Under the pieces are notes generated by a model that saw only the letters and a program-made list of their open reading frames with translations, was not told where the DNA came from and made no database searches. This document shows, piece after piece, positions 40,161 through 54,190 of a stretch of 64,000 bases of DNA. Made by a program: the position numbers and the translations under genes. The first letter of the stretch is position 1. The number at the start of each line of letters is the position of its first letter. The DNA is from Octopus vulgaris (Eukaryota): assembly GCA_951406725.2 (NCBI GenBank), contig OX597814.1, forward strand, positions 434,001-498,000, in the 5' to 3' direction.

Positions 40161-41793
40161 AACACTTGATGTTGAAGGCCTTTCGACTTGATAATCTTTC
40201 AGAGACTGTAAGTGAAACTTCAAACAACTTAGCTTCGCCTTCAACAAATATTCTGATGTGAAATGCAAGAAGTGGTCGCTTTGTCCCTATTAAGATAAAA
40301 GTATTCCAGGAGGCAATTCACTGAGATGCTATCTTTTCTGTTGAGGAAATCTGAAGATTGATTTATTCTTTTCTAGTCTAGGCACAAGGCCCAAAAGTTT
40401 TGGGGAGTAGGGGTGAGGGCAGTTGATTAGATCGACCCCAGTACGCAAGTGTTACTTAATTTATTGACCCCGAAAGGATGAAAGGCAAAGTCGACCTCAA
40501 CGGAATTTGAACTCTGAACGTAAAGACAGACGAAATATCTATTTCTTTACTACTCACAAGGGGCTAAACACAGAGGGGACAAACAAGGGCAGACAAATGT
40601 AAATAATGTAAATAATGAAATACGTATTTTAAAAATTACATTCAAGTAATATGATACGTTTCCATAGTTACGACTTAATATTTCACAATAAAATCAGAAA
40701 TTCTGTTTATTCTTGTTCGTCAGAACTCTACCCCTCACTCCAAGTGCTTGTTCCTCTCGACCCATCATCATCTCAAGTACTGTCCCCTCTTCAAAGATTC
40801 TCTGTTTCCTTAAATGTACAAAACTTTGGTAATTACACAGAAACCACTCAGATCCTTTCCAGGAATTATTTATGAGAAAGACCGGCATTTTCTCTTGCTT
40901 TGATTGGGTAAGAACTGCTGCCAAAGTAATTAATGTCAGACCAGCTTTGGCAATTGATTCTAAAGCCACTCCTTACCATCTTTGAGGATGTCAACTTAGA
41001 ATCGCTTGTCTCTTGTCACTGGTACTAATTCATTTGTCATACTTTGGTTGTGAGAGACCTCTGTGAGTACTTATGTATGTGAGAGAGAGAGAGAGGGGAG
41101 AGAGAGAGAGAGAGAGGGGGAGAGAAAACGAGACAGAGAGAAAGGCAGACAGGGTGTGTGTTTGTGAGTGTGTGTGTGTGTGTGTGTGTGTGCATGCGAA
41201 AGAGAGAGACAGTGTGTATATGTGTGTGATTGTTTGTGTGATGTGAGAGAGAGGGTGAGTGTGTGTGTGTGTCTGTGTGTGTGTGTGTGTGTCTCTGTGT
41301 GTCTGTGTCTCTGTGTGTGTATGTGTGCGTGTGTGTGTGTGTGCAGTTGTATGCAAATATGTCTTTGTATAGTCATTCACCTGTACATATGTATTTGGGT
41401 AAGTATATATAAAGATACACATGTGTGTGTGCGTGTGTGAGTGAGTGTGTGTGTGCATGTGTCGTGTGTACTTTTTACAGTTGTGTGTGTGTGCATTTGC
41501 ATATATAGGTCATCCCATAAGTTCTGTCCAATTTTACCTTTTTTAAAATTGAATGAAATTTAATAGTATTTTAGAATGACTAATAGAATTTAAAATTATT
41601 TTTATGCATTTGTGTGGGAGGGGACTCATCAATTATATCGACCCCAGTATTTCACTGGTACTTAATTTATTGACCTCAAAAAGATGAAAGCAAAGTTGAC
41701 CTCAGAGAAATTTTAACTCAGTACATAGCTATGGGTGAAATACCGTTAAGTATTTTGTCCAGAGCGCTAACAATTCTGCCAACTTGCTGCTTT

Positions 41794-41832
<39 letters not shown>

Positions 41833-41857
41833 TAATAATAATAATAATAGTAATAAC

Positions 41858-41929
<72 letters not shown>

Positions 41930-42147
41930 AATAATCTTTTCTACTATAGGCACAAGGCCGGAAATTTTAGGGGAGGGGTCCAGTCAACTGCATCGACCAC
42001 AGTGCTTGACTGGTACTCATTTTATTGACCCTGGAAGGATGAAAGGCAAAGTTGACCTCAGCGGAATTTGAACTCAGAATGTAAAGACGGACAAAATGCT
42101 GCTACGCATTTTGCCCCATGTGGTAACGATTCTGCCAGTGTGCCACC

Positions 42148-42210
<63 letters not shown>

Positions 42211-42212
<2 letters not shown>

Positions 42213-42861
42213 GTGATAAGTGCAGAATTTGTGGACAAAACGGTGAACCCGTGTGGCATATTACCAGCCAATGTATGCCACTAGCCCAGAAGGAATATAA
42301 GAGATGCCACGACAATATAGCCAGGCTTGTCCATTGGACACTTTGCAACAAGTATGGATTTGATGGAGCAAAAAATTGGTACGATCACAAACCTGAAGAC
42401 AGCGTCGAAAATAGAAATGCAAAGATCCTATGGGATTTTATGATTCAGTGCGACCATGAGATAGAGAATAGGAAGTCAGACATAGTCTTAATTGAGAAAG
42501 AAAGCAAACTATGCTAGATCATAGATATAGCATGCCCAGCTGACAATAAGGTATGCGATAAGGAAGAAAGAAAAGTTGATAGATATGACAAGTTAGCTTG
42601 GGTGGTTAAGCAGTTGTGGTCAATGAAAAAGGTAGTAGTAGTACCAATAATTGATAGAGCCCTGGGAACAGTAAGCAAAAACCTCGATAGGTACATGGAA
42701 CAAATAGGGGCAGTAATAAGGGTGGAGCACTTTCAGAAAACAGCACTGCTTGGAACCGCTCGAATACACTGGAAGGTGCTAAAAAAATAAGTGGTGTTAC
42801 CTTAGTTCAGTGGTAGTGAACAGCTGACACTAATACATCTCCAGCGTTGGAAGTTGTGCAA
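42211..42861 (+). mobile_element. R4/Dong-clade LINE 3' fragment 1 (CCHC plus restriction-like endonuclease)
   Basis: CRICGQ..VWHITSQC..YKRCHD..ILWDF..RKSDIVL..IDIACP..QKTALLGTARI; flanked by (TAA)n. Confidence 0.88.
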
Positions 42862-42875
42862 ATAATAATAATAAA

Positions 42876-43369
42876 AACATGATGAGAGCAAACTCCAGAA
42901 GGAGTTACTGAAAATGAGAATGGCAAAATCCTGTAGGATGCAATGGTACAGTGCAATCACTCGACCAGACATTGTTGTGATGTATAAAAAAGAAAGAACT
43001 GCTATGGTAATCGACATAACATGCCCCAGTGACAACAGGATCAATGTGAAAGAAGAAAGAAAAATAAACAACTATGACGATTTAATGCGGGAAATGCGAA
43101 GGTTGTGGTCAATGAAGAGAATAGATAGGATACCAATAGTGATTGGTGCAGTTGGAAGTATCAGCACTCAGCTACCAACATGGCTGAAAAAGATTGGTAC
43201 AAGTGTGAAGGTAGAACACCTACAAAAATCAGCATTGCTTGGAACTGCAAGAATTCTTCACAGGGTTCTTGAAGCATGACCAGTAAAACAAGTGTCACCT
43301 TAGTCTACTGGATGTGGACAGCAGACACTTTCCATCATACCCAGCAAAATAAGCTGTGAGTTCTCATAC
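42876..43369 (+). mobile_element. R4/Dong-clade LINE 3' fragment 2
   Basis: RPDIVVM..VIDITCPSD..PIVIGAVG..LQKSALLGTARILHRVL; flanked by (TAA)n. Confidence 0.88.
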
Positions 43370-43382
43370 AATAATAATAATG

Positions 43383-43448
<66 letters not shown>

Positions 43449-43466
43449 GTGATAATAACAATAATG

Positions 43467-43500
<34 letters not shown>

Positions 43501-43502
43501 TG

Positions 43503-43571
<69 letters not shown>

Positions 43572-43574
43572 GTG

Positions 43575-43637
<63 letters not shown>

Positions 43638-43694
43638 GTGATAATAACAATAATGATAATAATAATAATGATAGTGATAATAATAATAATGATG

Positions 43695-43760
<66 letters not shown>

Positions 43761-43763
43761 GTG

Positions 43764-43836
<73 letters not shown>

Positions 43837-43840
43837 TAAT
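43370..43840. repeat. (TAA)n microsatellite with repeated variant blocks
   Basis: Directly visible. Confidence 0.97.
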
Positions 43841-44520
43841 AAATTACCAAAAACATGTAATGAATTACCAAAAACATGTAATGAAAAGAAATATTACAAG
43901 TAACTGCAGAATATGTGGAGATGGACAAGAAACAATAAATCATATTATCTCTAGCTGCCCAGTCCTGGCTAAGAAGGAATATATTCACAGACATGACAGA
44001 GTTGGAACTTACATACATTGGAAGCTATGCCAACATTATGGAATAACAACAGAAAAAAGATGGTATAGGCACACACCAGAAAAGGTCACAGAAAACGAGA
44101 AAGCAACCATACTCTGGGATATGCCGATACACACAGATAAGAAATTAAGGCCAACAGACCAGATATAGTTGTCAGAGACCATGAAGAAAAAAAATGCTTT
44201 CTAATTGAATAGTACCGGCAGATGACAACGTAATAGAAATAAAACTCTCAAAATACAAAGACCTGGAAATAGAGGTAACTAGAATGTGGAATCTGAAAAC
44301 AGAAACAATTCCTATCATAGTAGGTATTAGGCATGATAAAAAAATATTCAGACAAATACATAACAAAAACACCAGGACTTACAAACACATAAACATACAG
44401 AAAATAATAATAGGCACTGCACACATCCTACGCAGAACACTTTCCATACAATAATCAGAGCATCACAACAAATACAGCACATACCCAAGGCACACAGAGC
44501 TAAGTAATAAAGCACGCTAA
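43841..44520 (+). mobile_element. R4/Dong-clade LINE 3' fragment 3
   Basis: CRICGDGQETINHIISSCPVLAKKEYIHRHD..ILWDMPIHTD..RPDIVV..KYKDLEIE; followed by (TAA)n. Confidence 0.88.
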
Positions 44521-44549
44521 AAAATAAAAAATAAAACTACTGAATAATG

Positions 44550-44688
<139 letters not shown>

Positions 44689-45620
44689 TTCTACTAAATA
44701 TAACAGATTTAACCAGAACATTCCCTTAACATTCTATATTGTAAATCTTTAAGTATTTCATACATATAAATACATAAAAATTTCATATCTAAGTATTTCA
44801 TGGATTAATAAAGTATTTCATAACAGAAATATTCCTCAGACGAAGAATTCAAATAATTAAAAAGAGAAGAAAACAAAAGAGAAGAAAACATACATACATA
44901 CATATATACATACATACACACATACATACATAGACAAACACACAAATAAGCAAACACACACATACATATATGCATGCATACACACATATACATGCATATA
45001 TAAGCATACATAGGCACACACATACATATCTTCGGAGGTAGACTTAACCTGTCACCAGTTTTAACACCACCACCACCACCATCATCTATGAACTTTGGGT
45101 ACCTTAAGAGGACCCCACTCTGTTGGAAGCTTTCATGTCAGGTCTCTGGTTTGAGGATAGCTTCTTCCCTCCCTCCCAGCTTCCAATCATTGGTTCTGCC
45201 TTCTTGAATACCAAGAAAAAGTGCTCCAGCATGGCCACAGCCTTTGACCTCCAACACACAAAAGAATGTAATTTTAGTATCTTGTTTGGTTGGTTCCACT
45301 TTAGCATGGGTTTTTTTTAGTCTGGGTTTTTTTGTTTTTCCTATAATTAGAATATTGTAAATATAACAAAAGCAAAAATAACCAGAAAATAGATTCACTT
45401 TGTTCAATGTTTATTCTGAGTTTTAAATGGAAATAGGATCGGATTTGGAGGAGGTGAGAGCCATTTGCTGGGGTTTTCCCCGTCACGTGGTGTTTGTGGG
45501 AAATTCAGCATACCCACAACACACACACAAACACACACACACTCATACAGAATGCACAGTCTCACACACACACACACACACATACAGAATACACACTCAC
45601 ACACTCACGCACAAACACAA

Positions 45621-45661
<41 letters not shown>

Positions 45662-45689
45662 CACACAAACAATAATAATGGAATAATGT

Positions 45690-46004
45690 AGTGCCTTCAG
45701 ACTATCATCTTTTCGGCCCCATGAAAGAGGGTTTGAGAGGCAAACATTATTCCAGTGATGAGGAAGTGAAAACTGTAGTGAAGAAGTGGATCAAAGAACA
45801 GTCAACAGAATTTTACGGGGCAGGGATACATGCTCTCATTCGAAGGTGGAACATTGCTATTGAGAGAAACGGTGACTATGTTGAGAAGTAGGGATGTGAT
45901 CCCACAGAGGACCAGCTTCATTTTGATGTATGATACATGTTCATGCGTTGGTAATTTATACCTGTTCTAAATAAAATGGCATTACCTTTTGACTCACCCT
46001 CGTA
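45690..46004 (+). mobile_element. Mariner 3' end with TIR
   Basis: PSDYHLFGPMKEGLRGKHY..EEVK..RW..IERNGDYVEK*, then ...tttgactcaccctcg|TA. Confidence 0.9.
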
Positions 46005-46055
46005 TATACATAATACATACATGCATACGTACGTACGTTTGTAAGTGTGTATGTA

Positions 46056-46860
46056 CGAGGGGGTACCCAAAAGAAACCGGAATTTCGCAAAATTATTTTC
46101 TTCGCTTAGTTTTAAATGCTTACACTTTTATCACCTTCAAACTATTCTCCATTTGAAGCAATGCATCGGTCCAGGCGCGTTTTCCAATGTTCGAAGCAGT
46201 CCTGGAACTCTTGCGAAGTGATGCCTTTTAACGCCTCCGTCGTTTTTTTCTTTTTTTTTTTTTTTCTTCACCTCTTCCACATCTGCAAATTCCATAGAAC
46301 CAGCTTTTGTCACCAGTGTTGACCTTTGAAAAAAGGTCTGGGTCAATTTCCAACTGCTCTTTCAGTTCACGACACACATTTGTGACTGCTTTTGATCTTC
46401 CATGAGCAATCGAGGCACAAATTTTGCTGCAACTCTTTTCATTTGGAATTCCTTGCTCATAATTTGCTGGCAGGGGCTCCAGGATACACCATTTGTGTCA
46501 ACAAGTTTGTAAATTGTTCGGTGACGGTCCTCCAAGATCAGTTCATGAATTTTCGTCATATTTTCATCCGTTTGGGAGTTCGACGGTCGCCCCGAACGAG
46601 GTTAATCTTCAAGCGACAAATGACCGTTCCTGAAGCATGGAAACCACTCGTAAACTTGTATCTTGCTCATGGCATCGTCCTTGTCAGCTGTTTGAAGCAT
46701 GACAACTGTTTCGGCCGCCTTTTTCCTCAACAGAAAACAGAATTTCACGGAAGCACGCGGTTCCTTCGTTTCAGTTACCGCAAAAATCTATGAACAAGGG
46801 AGAAACACTGCAAAACAAAGAACCACCACGTGGCAGTTCGACTCCAACGGACAACCCCAG
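46056..46860 (-). mobile_element. Internally deleted mariner element
   Basis: TA|cgagggggtacccaaaagaaaccggaat TIR; KRVAAKFVPRLL motif; C-terminal remnant present, catalytic middle missing. Confidence 0.85.
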
Positions 46861-47199
46861 TCGGTATTGGTTTCACAAACCGACCAGACGACACGCAAGT
46901 CCCGATCAACCCAAAATAATCGATGAATTTCACTCATTTATTTAATCAATTTCAACATCTGTGTAAAGCATGTATGACGTGGCAGACTGTTAGGAATGGA
47001 TGTAATTAATCTTATGGAGATGAAAAATAAAAAATAACCTAAAACGTTAAACCTAAAAACAAGAAAGGAATAGAAATAAAAAACCGTGAAAATTTTCCTG
47101 TTGTTTAAATGTTTTTGTAGCCTCCATGAATTAGAAGATCGCGTTTGTGGTTGGTGGATCTTTGAAAATATATTACACCTCCAGCCTTGGTAACCATTT

Positions 47200-47400
47200 T
47201 ATTCTTTTACTGGTTTCAGTCATTTGACAGCGACCATGCTGGAACACCGCCTCTAGTCGAGCAAATCGATCCCAGGACTTATTCTTTGTAAGCCTAGTAC
47301 TTATTCTATCGGGCTCTTTTGCCGAACCGCTAAGTTATGGGGGCCGTAAACACACCAACATCGGTTGCCAAGCGATGTTCGGAGGACAAACACAGACTCA
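47200..47400 (-). mobile_element. SINE family A, 3' half
   Basis: Tail and body match the other copies. Confidence 0.8.
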
Positions 47401-47422
47401 CACACACACACACACACACACA

Positions 47423-48540
47423 GTGCTTCTTCGTTGGTGGTTTTTGGTAGATGCTCTAACATGTCCAGATTGTCTCTAATGAAACTTTTAATGTATCTGT
47501 TTCAATAGTATATCCAGAAACCTGCTTAGGCGGTGTGTTTCACGGGCTGGACCCACTATAATCATCCTTAATTCTAAGTCTTCTGGTGTTGAATATTTAT
47601 GTATAGACCTGCATTTAATTTGCAGGCATTAGTAATTATTTGACTCTTGTGGATTTTGGGGAGGCCATAGAAAAGGCTTGGTTTGCATTTAAAGTTTGTG
47701 ATGTAGTGTTTTTTTTCTTTTTCTGTGAATCCTTTTCCATGTTTGAGTATTAAAGATGCAATATCTTTTAATGTCTTTTGCTGCCTATAATTATCAACTT
47801 TTTCATAAAGTGAGTCATTTTCTAGGTTTTTATAGTATTCTGTGTCCATCAGGACCACAGCATTACCTTTGTCTGCTTCTTTGATTGTCAGGTCTTTGTC
47901 GTTTTTTTAGCTGTGGTAGGTGCTTCAATTGTAGGTTATTTAGGTACAATTTTTGGTTTATAGATAGTGTGAGGAAAATTCTGGACACGGTTGCAGAAGT
48001 CGTCTAGAGTTTTATTCCTACCTTTGCGTGGTAGATATTTACTTTTGTTTTTCACAAGTGGTTCGTCACTGATGTTGTAGTTGGTTAGTGCTTCTGTCAA
48101 TCGAAGTTTTCTACAGAATTCTGCAATATTATATTTAATTTCATTGGAGTTGGGTCTACGTGGAGTGAGTGTAAATTTTAAACATTTAGCTAAAATATGG
48201 GTTTTTGTTGTGGAGAGAGTTTTCTTAGATAAATTGATTATTTTGGGTTCCTCTCGTAAGTTCTGTTCCAACGTGTGTCCCTGTGTCTCTCTACTCTGTC
48301 TAAAAAATGTTGTTTGTTGTAATTAGCTTGGAAGGGGTTCTCATTGTTAGGGTTGCTATTGTGGGAGTGTTGTTGTGTAGGTGAATTGGTTGGGATTATG
48401 TGGTGTGGGTGCTTATGTTGGAATGAGTTGTAAGGATGTCTGGTCCTGTATGGAATGCTGTGAAGTTGTTCTTTTTGTCTGAGTGAGGGAGTTGAAGTTC
48501 CGAAAGTTGAATTCCTGTGTTGAGGAGTCGGTAGGATCCC
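47423..48540 (-). mobile_element. Penelope-like element, N-terminal to RT start (pseudogene)
   Basis: IINLSKKTLS..LAKCLKF, IKEADKGNAVVLMD, FYGLPKIHKS. Confidence 0.88.
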
Positions 48541-48589
48541 CTGTCTGTATCTAGTTGTTGGAGGTTTTTAACTTCGTTTGTGTTTTTTA

Positions 48590-48835
48590 TTTCCCTATGT
48601 CTTGCTGTGACTCGAGACGCTCTTAATAAACTTTATACACCATTACCTACATAGGAGTCCGTATCTACTCTAGCTACTCCTACGCAGTCTTCTACTTATA
48701 TTAGCCCTCTGCCACCTTCCTTTCTAGGTAAGTATAACCTTACTACTCCTGCCCTTGGGTGGAATCCCCCATTCATATTGAATTCCGTCCTAATTCTTCA
48801 GTCTAGCTTTGCTAATTCAGTCTTTGCCCGATTTA
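48590..48835 (-). mobile_element. R4/Dong-type LINE internal fragment
   Basis: GFHPRAGVVRLYLPRKEGGRGL. Confidence 0.7.
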
Positions 48836-48929
48836 CAGAAGCTGCTCAGTATCTAAGTAATGATACCGCACAAATATTTACAGCCTTCACGAGATTCAGA
48901 CCATCTATCTTTGATTTCTCAATTTTCGT

Positions 48930-49130
48930 TTTCATCCAAGTCAAGGGATCCAGTTTTGCTTTGGAAACACCTACATCGACCCCATGTAAGTTTTTCAGAC
49001 ATTTTAAGAGGATACTAAGGAGCTGTGAGACCTTGAAACTCGAGTTATTGCAGTATCTGGTCCTGTATCCTGATGGCGGTGTTGGGATCTTTGGCACTGC
49101 ACAGTGGCGCCCCGTTCTGCTGTTTGCATA
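48930..49130 (-). mobile_element. CR1-group LINE C-terminal fragment
   Basis: RTRYCNNSSFKVSQLL..LKNLHGVDVGVSKAKLD aligns with the 61319-61642 ORF. Confidence 0.7.
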
Positions 49131-49845
49131 ATTTTCAATGCGAAAGTTCAGTGCAAGACCCTCCAGGATTTCCCATACGTATATTCCTGCACACCTTTCC
49201 TGACTTCGTTCTGGGGAGTAGACTCTTAACTTTTTCAGCCTCTCCCAGTTGCAGACATGTCGCTTTCAGATGACCTTCGCCATTGTTGAAAAGTTTAAGA
49301 ATTATGAATCATGCAGGGACTTTCTTTTTTTTTTGTTGTTGTTTATTTTGCCATTTGTATGAATAAAATACAAATGTTTTAATGCTGCCCAGTCTGGTGT
49401 TGATAGGCGTCACAGTGGATATATTTATTATTGCAAAATATCAATAACTTATCCACTTTTTTCTTCAGATGTCGTTATGACCTGCTATTTCATGGCTATT
49501 TTAAATAATCGATATTTTTTGTTTGTCTTTCACTGATATAGATGTAACAATGTGTGTACGTGTACGGGCGTGTGTGTACACGTGTGTATACGTATACATG
49601 CGGGTATGTAAGTTTGTATATATATATATATATATATATACAATGTAAGATAGGGGTTATGGGTGTAACCCACTATGGGATATCATTTATCCAATATACT
49701 GTTGGTAAAGTACCCAAATTCTTAATACATAAATGTTTTTAATTGCAATGCAATTAAGTAATTTATTGTATTAAACGGGTGAAGGTAAAGAAATATTTTT
49801 ACCGTAAATTTATAATACAAATTTATTTCTCCATTTTCTTATTTG

Positions 49846-49927
<82 letters not shown>

Positions 49928-49929
<2 letters not shown>

Positions 49930-50446
49930 GGATATGCTCAATCACCTTCCTGAAACAATTAACAAAAACACCCTACTAGTATCCTTCGATGTAGTCAACC
50001 TCTATTCCTATATCCCCCACAACCTAAGAATAGAGGCAACTTAATTCTGGCTAGAGAATTACACCAACGAACTCCCACATTAAATCAAAAAAGAATTCGT
50101 GATAGAATGGCTAAAATTCATCTTGGAAAATAACTACTTCGTCTTCAAAGACAACTTCTATCGACAAAAATCAGGGACTGCGATGGGTACGCGAATGGCC
50201 CTCTCTTTTGCTAACCTAGTCATGGGATACCTAGAAATTAGTCTTTATCGTAAGGTTCTAGAAAAATAGGGCAGCCCATTCTCCCTCTACATAGAAAATA
50301 ACTGGAAGAGATACCTGGATGACAGCTTCATTCTTTGGCATGAAAGTATAGAGAGACTTAAAGAATTCCAAGCACTTATAAATGGACTTGACGTAAACAT
50401 TCAATTCACGATGAAATATAGCCATCAATAACTTCCCTTTTGGACA
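49928..50446 (+). mobile_element. Penelope-like RT core fragment
   Basis: LVSFDVVNLYS, YRQKSGTAMGTRMA, WKRYLDDSF. Confidence 0.88.
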
Positions 50447-50571
50447 GATTATGGCGTTTTTACATCTTTTATAAGAAGAGAGAATATTCTTCTCTTCAGT
50501 GACTGCAACGAGTTTGCCTTTAGAAATTAAAATATGTCACAAACATATTTTAACTAAACTAAAGTATGTGT

Positions 50572-50614
<43 letters not shown>

Positions 50615-51194
50615 TGCGTGTGTCTGTGTTTGTGTATGTGTATGTGTGTGTCTACGTGTCTCTGTGTGTTTCTGCGTGTGTGTCTGTGTGTATGTGTATG
50701 TGTATGTGTGTCTCTGTGTGTGTGTGTCTGTGTGTCTGTGTATGTGTGTGTATGTGTCTGTGTATGTGTGTCTCTGTGTGTGTGTCTGTGTGTGTCTGTG
50801 TATGTGTGTGTATCTGTCTGAGTGTGTGTGTGTGTGTCTGTGTATGTGTGTCTCTGTGTGTGTGTCTGTGTGCATGTGTGTCTGTGTGCGTGTGTGTGTG
50901 TGTCTATCATTGTAGGATTCACAAAATCAGCCCCCTTTAATTTTGCTCAGATCGCTTTCAATTTTGGTGTATCGATGCAACTCTGAATTTCGATTAGTTC
51001 AGTAAAAGAGTCCGATAGAATGCGTGCCAGGTTTCGAGGAAGGAAAACACGAGGGTCGATTTATTCGACCCAAAATCCTTCGAGACGGTATCCAGGCATG
51101 GCCGCAGTCTAATTGACTGAACCAAGTGAAAAATAATCTGTTATGAACTGCACTCACTTGGCTGGGGGTTATGGACTTGCTGTACGTGTTCATT

Positions 51195-51506
51195 TTTTTT
51201 TCTACCCCTTTTAAAGCCTAGCCAGGCTCATGGGCCCGGTTTCCCGGTTTCTATGGCGCATGTGTTCCCCCCAGCTGGACGGGACACCAGTCCATCGCAG
51301 CGTTACTCAAGAAACAAGAAGAAAGAGTGGGAGAAAGTTGGGGTGAAAGGGTACAACAGGGGTCGTCACAAACCCTGCCAGAGCCTCGTGGTGCTTTAGA
51401 TGTCTTCGCTCAATAAACACACACAACATCCGGTCTGGGAATCGAAACCGCGATCCTCCAACCACGAGTCCGCTGCTCTAACCACTGGGCCATTGCGCCT
51501 CCACAC
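51195..51506 (-). mobile_element. SINE family D, full length
   Basis: tRNA-like head, ctgcgatggactgg..ccgtccag segment, A-rich tail. Confidence 0.85.
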
Positions 51507-51627
51507 GTGTTCACACCATTATACAAGAGATTGAAGGCAAGTTTTACTTTAAGTCACTTCAAAGCAGGAAATCTGTATCATGGAACCAGGCTCAGTTCCA
51601 GAAGGGTTGGTCATCAAAGGGGTTGGC

Positions 51628-51856
51628 GTTGTTGTTGTTGTTGTTGTTGTTCTTCTTCTTCTTCTTCTTCTTCTTCTTCTTCTTCTTCTTCTTCTTCTTG
51701 CTACTGTTATTGTTGTTGGTGATGCTGCTGTTATCTTCTTCTTCATCATCATCATCATCATCATCTTCTTCGTCGTCTTCTTCTTCTTCTTCTTCTTTTT
51801 CTTCTTCTTCTTCTTCTTCTTCTTCTTCTTCTTCTTCTTCTTCTTCTTCTTCTTCC
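51628..51856. repeat. (GTT)n/(CTT)n/(CAT)n trinucleotide tract
   Basis: Directly visible. Confidence 0.95.
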
Positions 51857-52147
51857 AATCGGGACTCACGCCATTAGCCACAAAGAATAATCTCTAATTC
51901 GAGCCTACTCTAAGCTACTAAGAATGCGTGTGGCAACTTGAAGATCCACCCCACCACACGCGATAGACTGGTGGTTGCACGGGCGCGAAAGCTACGTTGT
52001 TATCCTCATTCCGTAAACGGTGGCTTTTAACGGGTGGAGAGCTGAACCATCGTGGGGTACAGATTATTCGCAATCTAGACTAGGGTCTGAAAGTTTACCA
52101 CACCATAGTGGGTTACACCATGATTCCTCTGCTTTGTGGCAGAAGTA

Positions 52148-52450
52148 GGAAGAAAGAGTGAGAGAAAGTTGCGGTGAAAAAGTACAGCGGGATTCACCAC
52201 CACCCCCACTGGAGCCTCGTGGAGCTTTAGGTGCTTTTGCTCAATAAACACTCACAATGCCCGGTCTGGGAATCGAAACCGCGCTTTTACGACCGCGAGT
52301 CCGCTGCCCTAACCACTGGGCCATTGTGCCTCCATTTTCTGCTGTTGTCTTCTTCTCCTTCTTCTTCACAATGCCCGGTCTGGGAATCGAAACCGCGTTC
52401 TTACGACCGCGAGTCCGCTGCCCTAACCACTGGGCCATTGCGACTCCACT
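52148..52450 (-). mobile_element. SINE family D 5' part with a duplicated tRNA-like head
   Basis: cacaatgcccggtctgggaatcgaaaccgcg...ccactgggccattg occurs at about 52253 and 52367. Confidence 0.8.
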
Positions 52451-52828
52451 GCTGCTGTTGTTGATGTTGTTGTTTTACAATAGTTCTGTCGGCTCAATCA
52501 AGGCTGACTTAAGACTAAACAACGACAACAACAACAACAATAACAGCAGCAGCAGCAACGAAACAGGTGTGTGACATACTTAATTACACACCTGTACGGT
52601 AGATATAACAAGCCGCACGTATACCGAAATAGCTCTTGTCAATATTACCATCGATATCGTCGTCGTCAACGATTGCATATTACAGTGTGGCTCCTATGGA
52701 CCCCATAGTTGTCAAACCGCCTCCTAGTGGGCGTTGAGGCGGTCCAGGTGGGCGCTGGTGCCTAAGGGGGCAGTAGAGAAAAAAGGAGGCTTTGTGAGGA
52801 AGGCAGTGGATTGGGAGACATTAGAGTA

Positions 52829-53056
52829 TTCTTTTACTCTTTTACTCTTTCACTTGTTTCAGTCATTTGACTGCGGCCATGCTGGAGCACCGCCTTTAGT
52901 CGAGCAAATCGACCCCGGGACTTATTCTTTGGAAGCCTAGTACTTATTCTAACTGTGTCTTTTGCCGAACCGCTAAGTGACGGGGACGTAAACACACCAG
53001 CATCGGTTGCCAAGCGATGTTGGGGGGACAAACACAAACACACATAAACACACACA

Positions 53057-53144
<88 letters not shown>

Positions 53145-53308
53145 CGACGGGCTTCTTTCAGTTTCCGTCTACCAAATCCACTCACAAGGCTTTGGTTGGC
53201 CCAAGGCTATAGTAGAAGACACTTGCCCAAGGTGCCATGCAGTGGGACTGAACATGGAACCATGTGGTTCGTAAGCAAGCTACTTACCACACACCCACTC
53301 CTACACCT
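52829..53308 (-). mobile_element. SINE family A, full length
   Basis: Complete head, (TA)n(TG)n insert, and tail with (taaaagag)n. Confidence 0.9.
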
Positions 53309-53896
53309 ATAAAAATATTTTGTATACAAATTATATAATATTATATTAATTATCAAATGACTCACAGTATATGTAAATCAGTAAAATATAAAATATTTAT
53401 TCATACAAGCTGTTCAAAATGTCTCTCCGCAGTAAGTATTTTATTGCAAAATATATATATTTATAAGATGGTATAAGACTACAAAAGAATATATTTGTCT
53501 TTACAAGACTTTAACAAACTTTATAAGAGGTGTTGAAAGTGTCGTCCTTCATGTTCAATACAGAAGTTGAATCTTTTACTCGTGTTTTGAAATACATGTT
53601 GGATGAAAAAAAAATTTACTGCGAAGAGACCTTTTGAATACCCTGTGCATAAAAATAGGGGTGGGGCGCTGAGGGCATTATGTGGCCATAGGGGGATGCA
53701 AAACGTTTGAGAACCTCTACTCTAGATGATCACTTAACCTACGTAAAATAGCAGCTAAACGGCCCTTAGCTCAGACTTCAGCGTCTTTAACAATGAAGAA
53801 TGCTTATAGTAGTAAACACCGCTAACAGATGGGATGGCCACGGTTGGTCAGTGATGGCCTAATGCTAAACAACAACACTACTGTTTTACATTATAT

Positions 53897-54190
53897 TTTT
53901 TTTTCGCCCTTTTCAAGCCTAGCCAGGCTCATGGGCCCGGTTTCCCGGTTTCTGTGGCGTATGTGTTCCCCCAGCTGGACGGGACGCCAGTCCATCGCAG
54001 CGTTACTCAAGAAACAGGAAGAAAGAGTGAGAGAAAGTTGTGGCGAAAGAGTACAACAGGGATTGCCACCACCCCCTGCCGGAGCCTCGTGGAGCTTTTA
54101 GGTGTTTTCGCTCAATAAACACACACAACGCCCGGTCTGGGAATCGAAACCGCGAGTCCGCTGCCCTAACCACTGGGCCATTGCGCCTCC
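53897..54190 (-). mobile_element. SINE family D
   Basis: Matches 51195-51506. Confidence 0.87.

Noticed and set aside
40690-41050. Possible exon in unique-looking sequence (also 6407-6600 and 27050-27420)
   Set aside because: Short frames with no recognisable domain or convincing splice-site pair.
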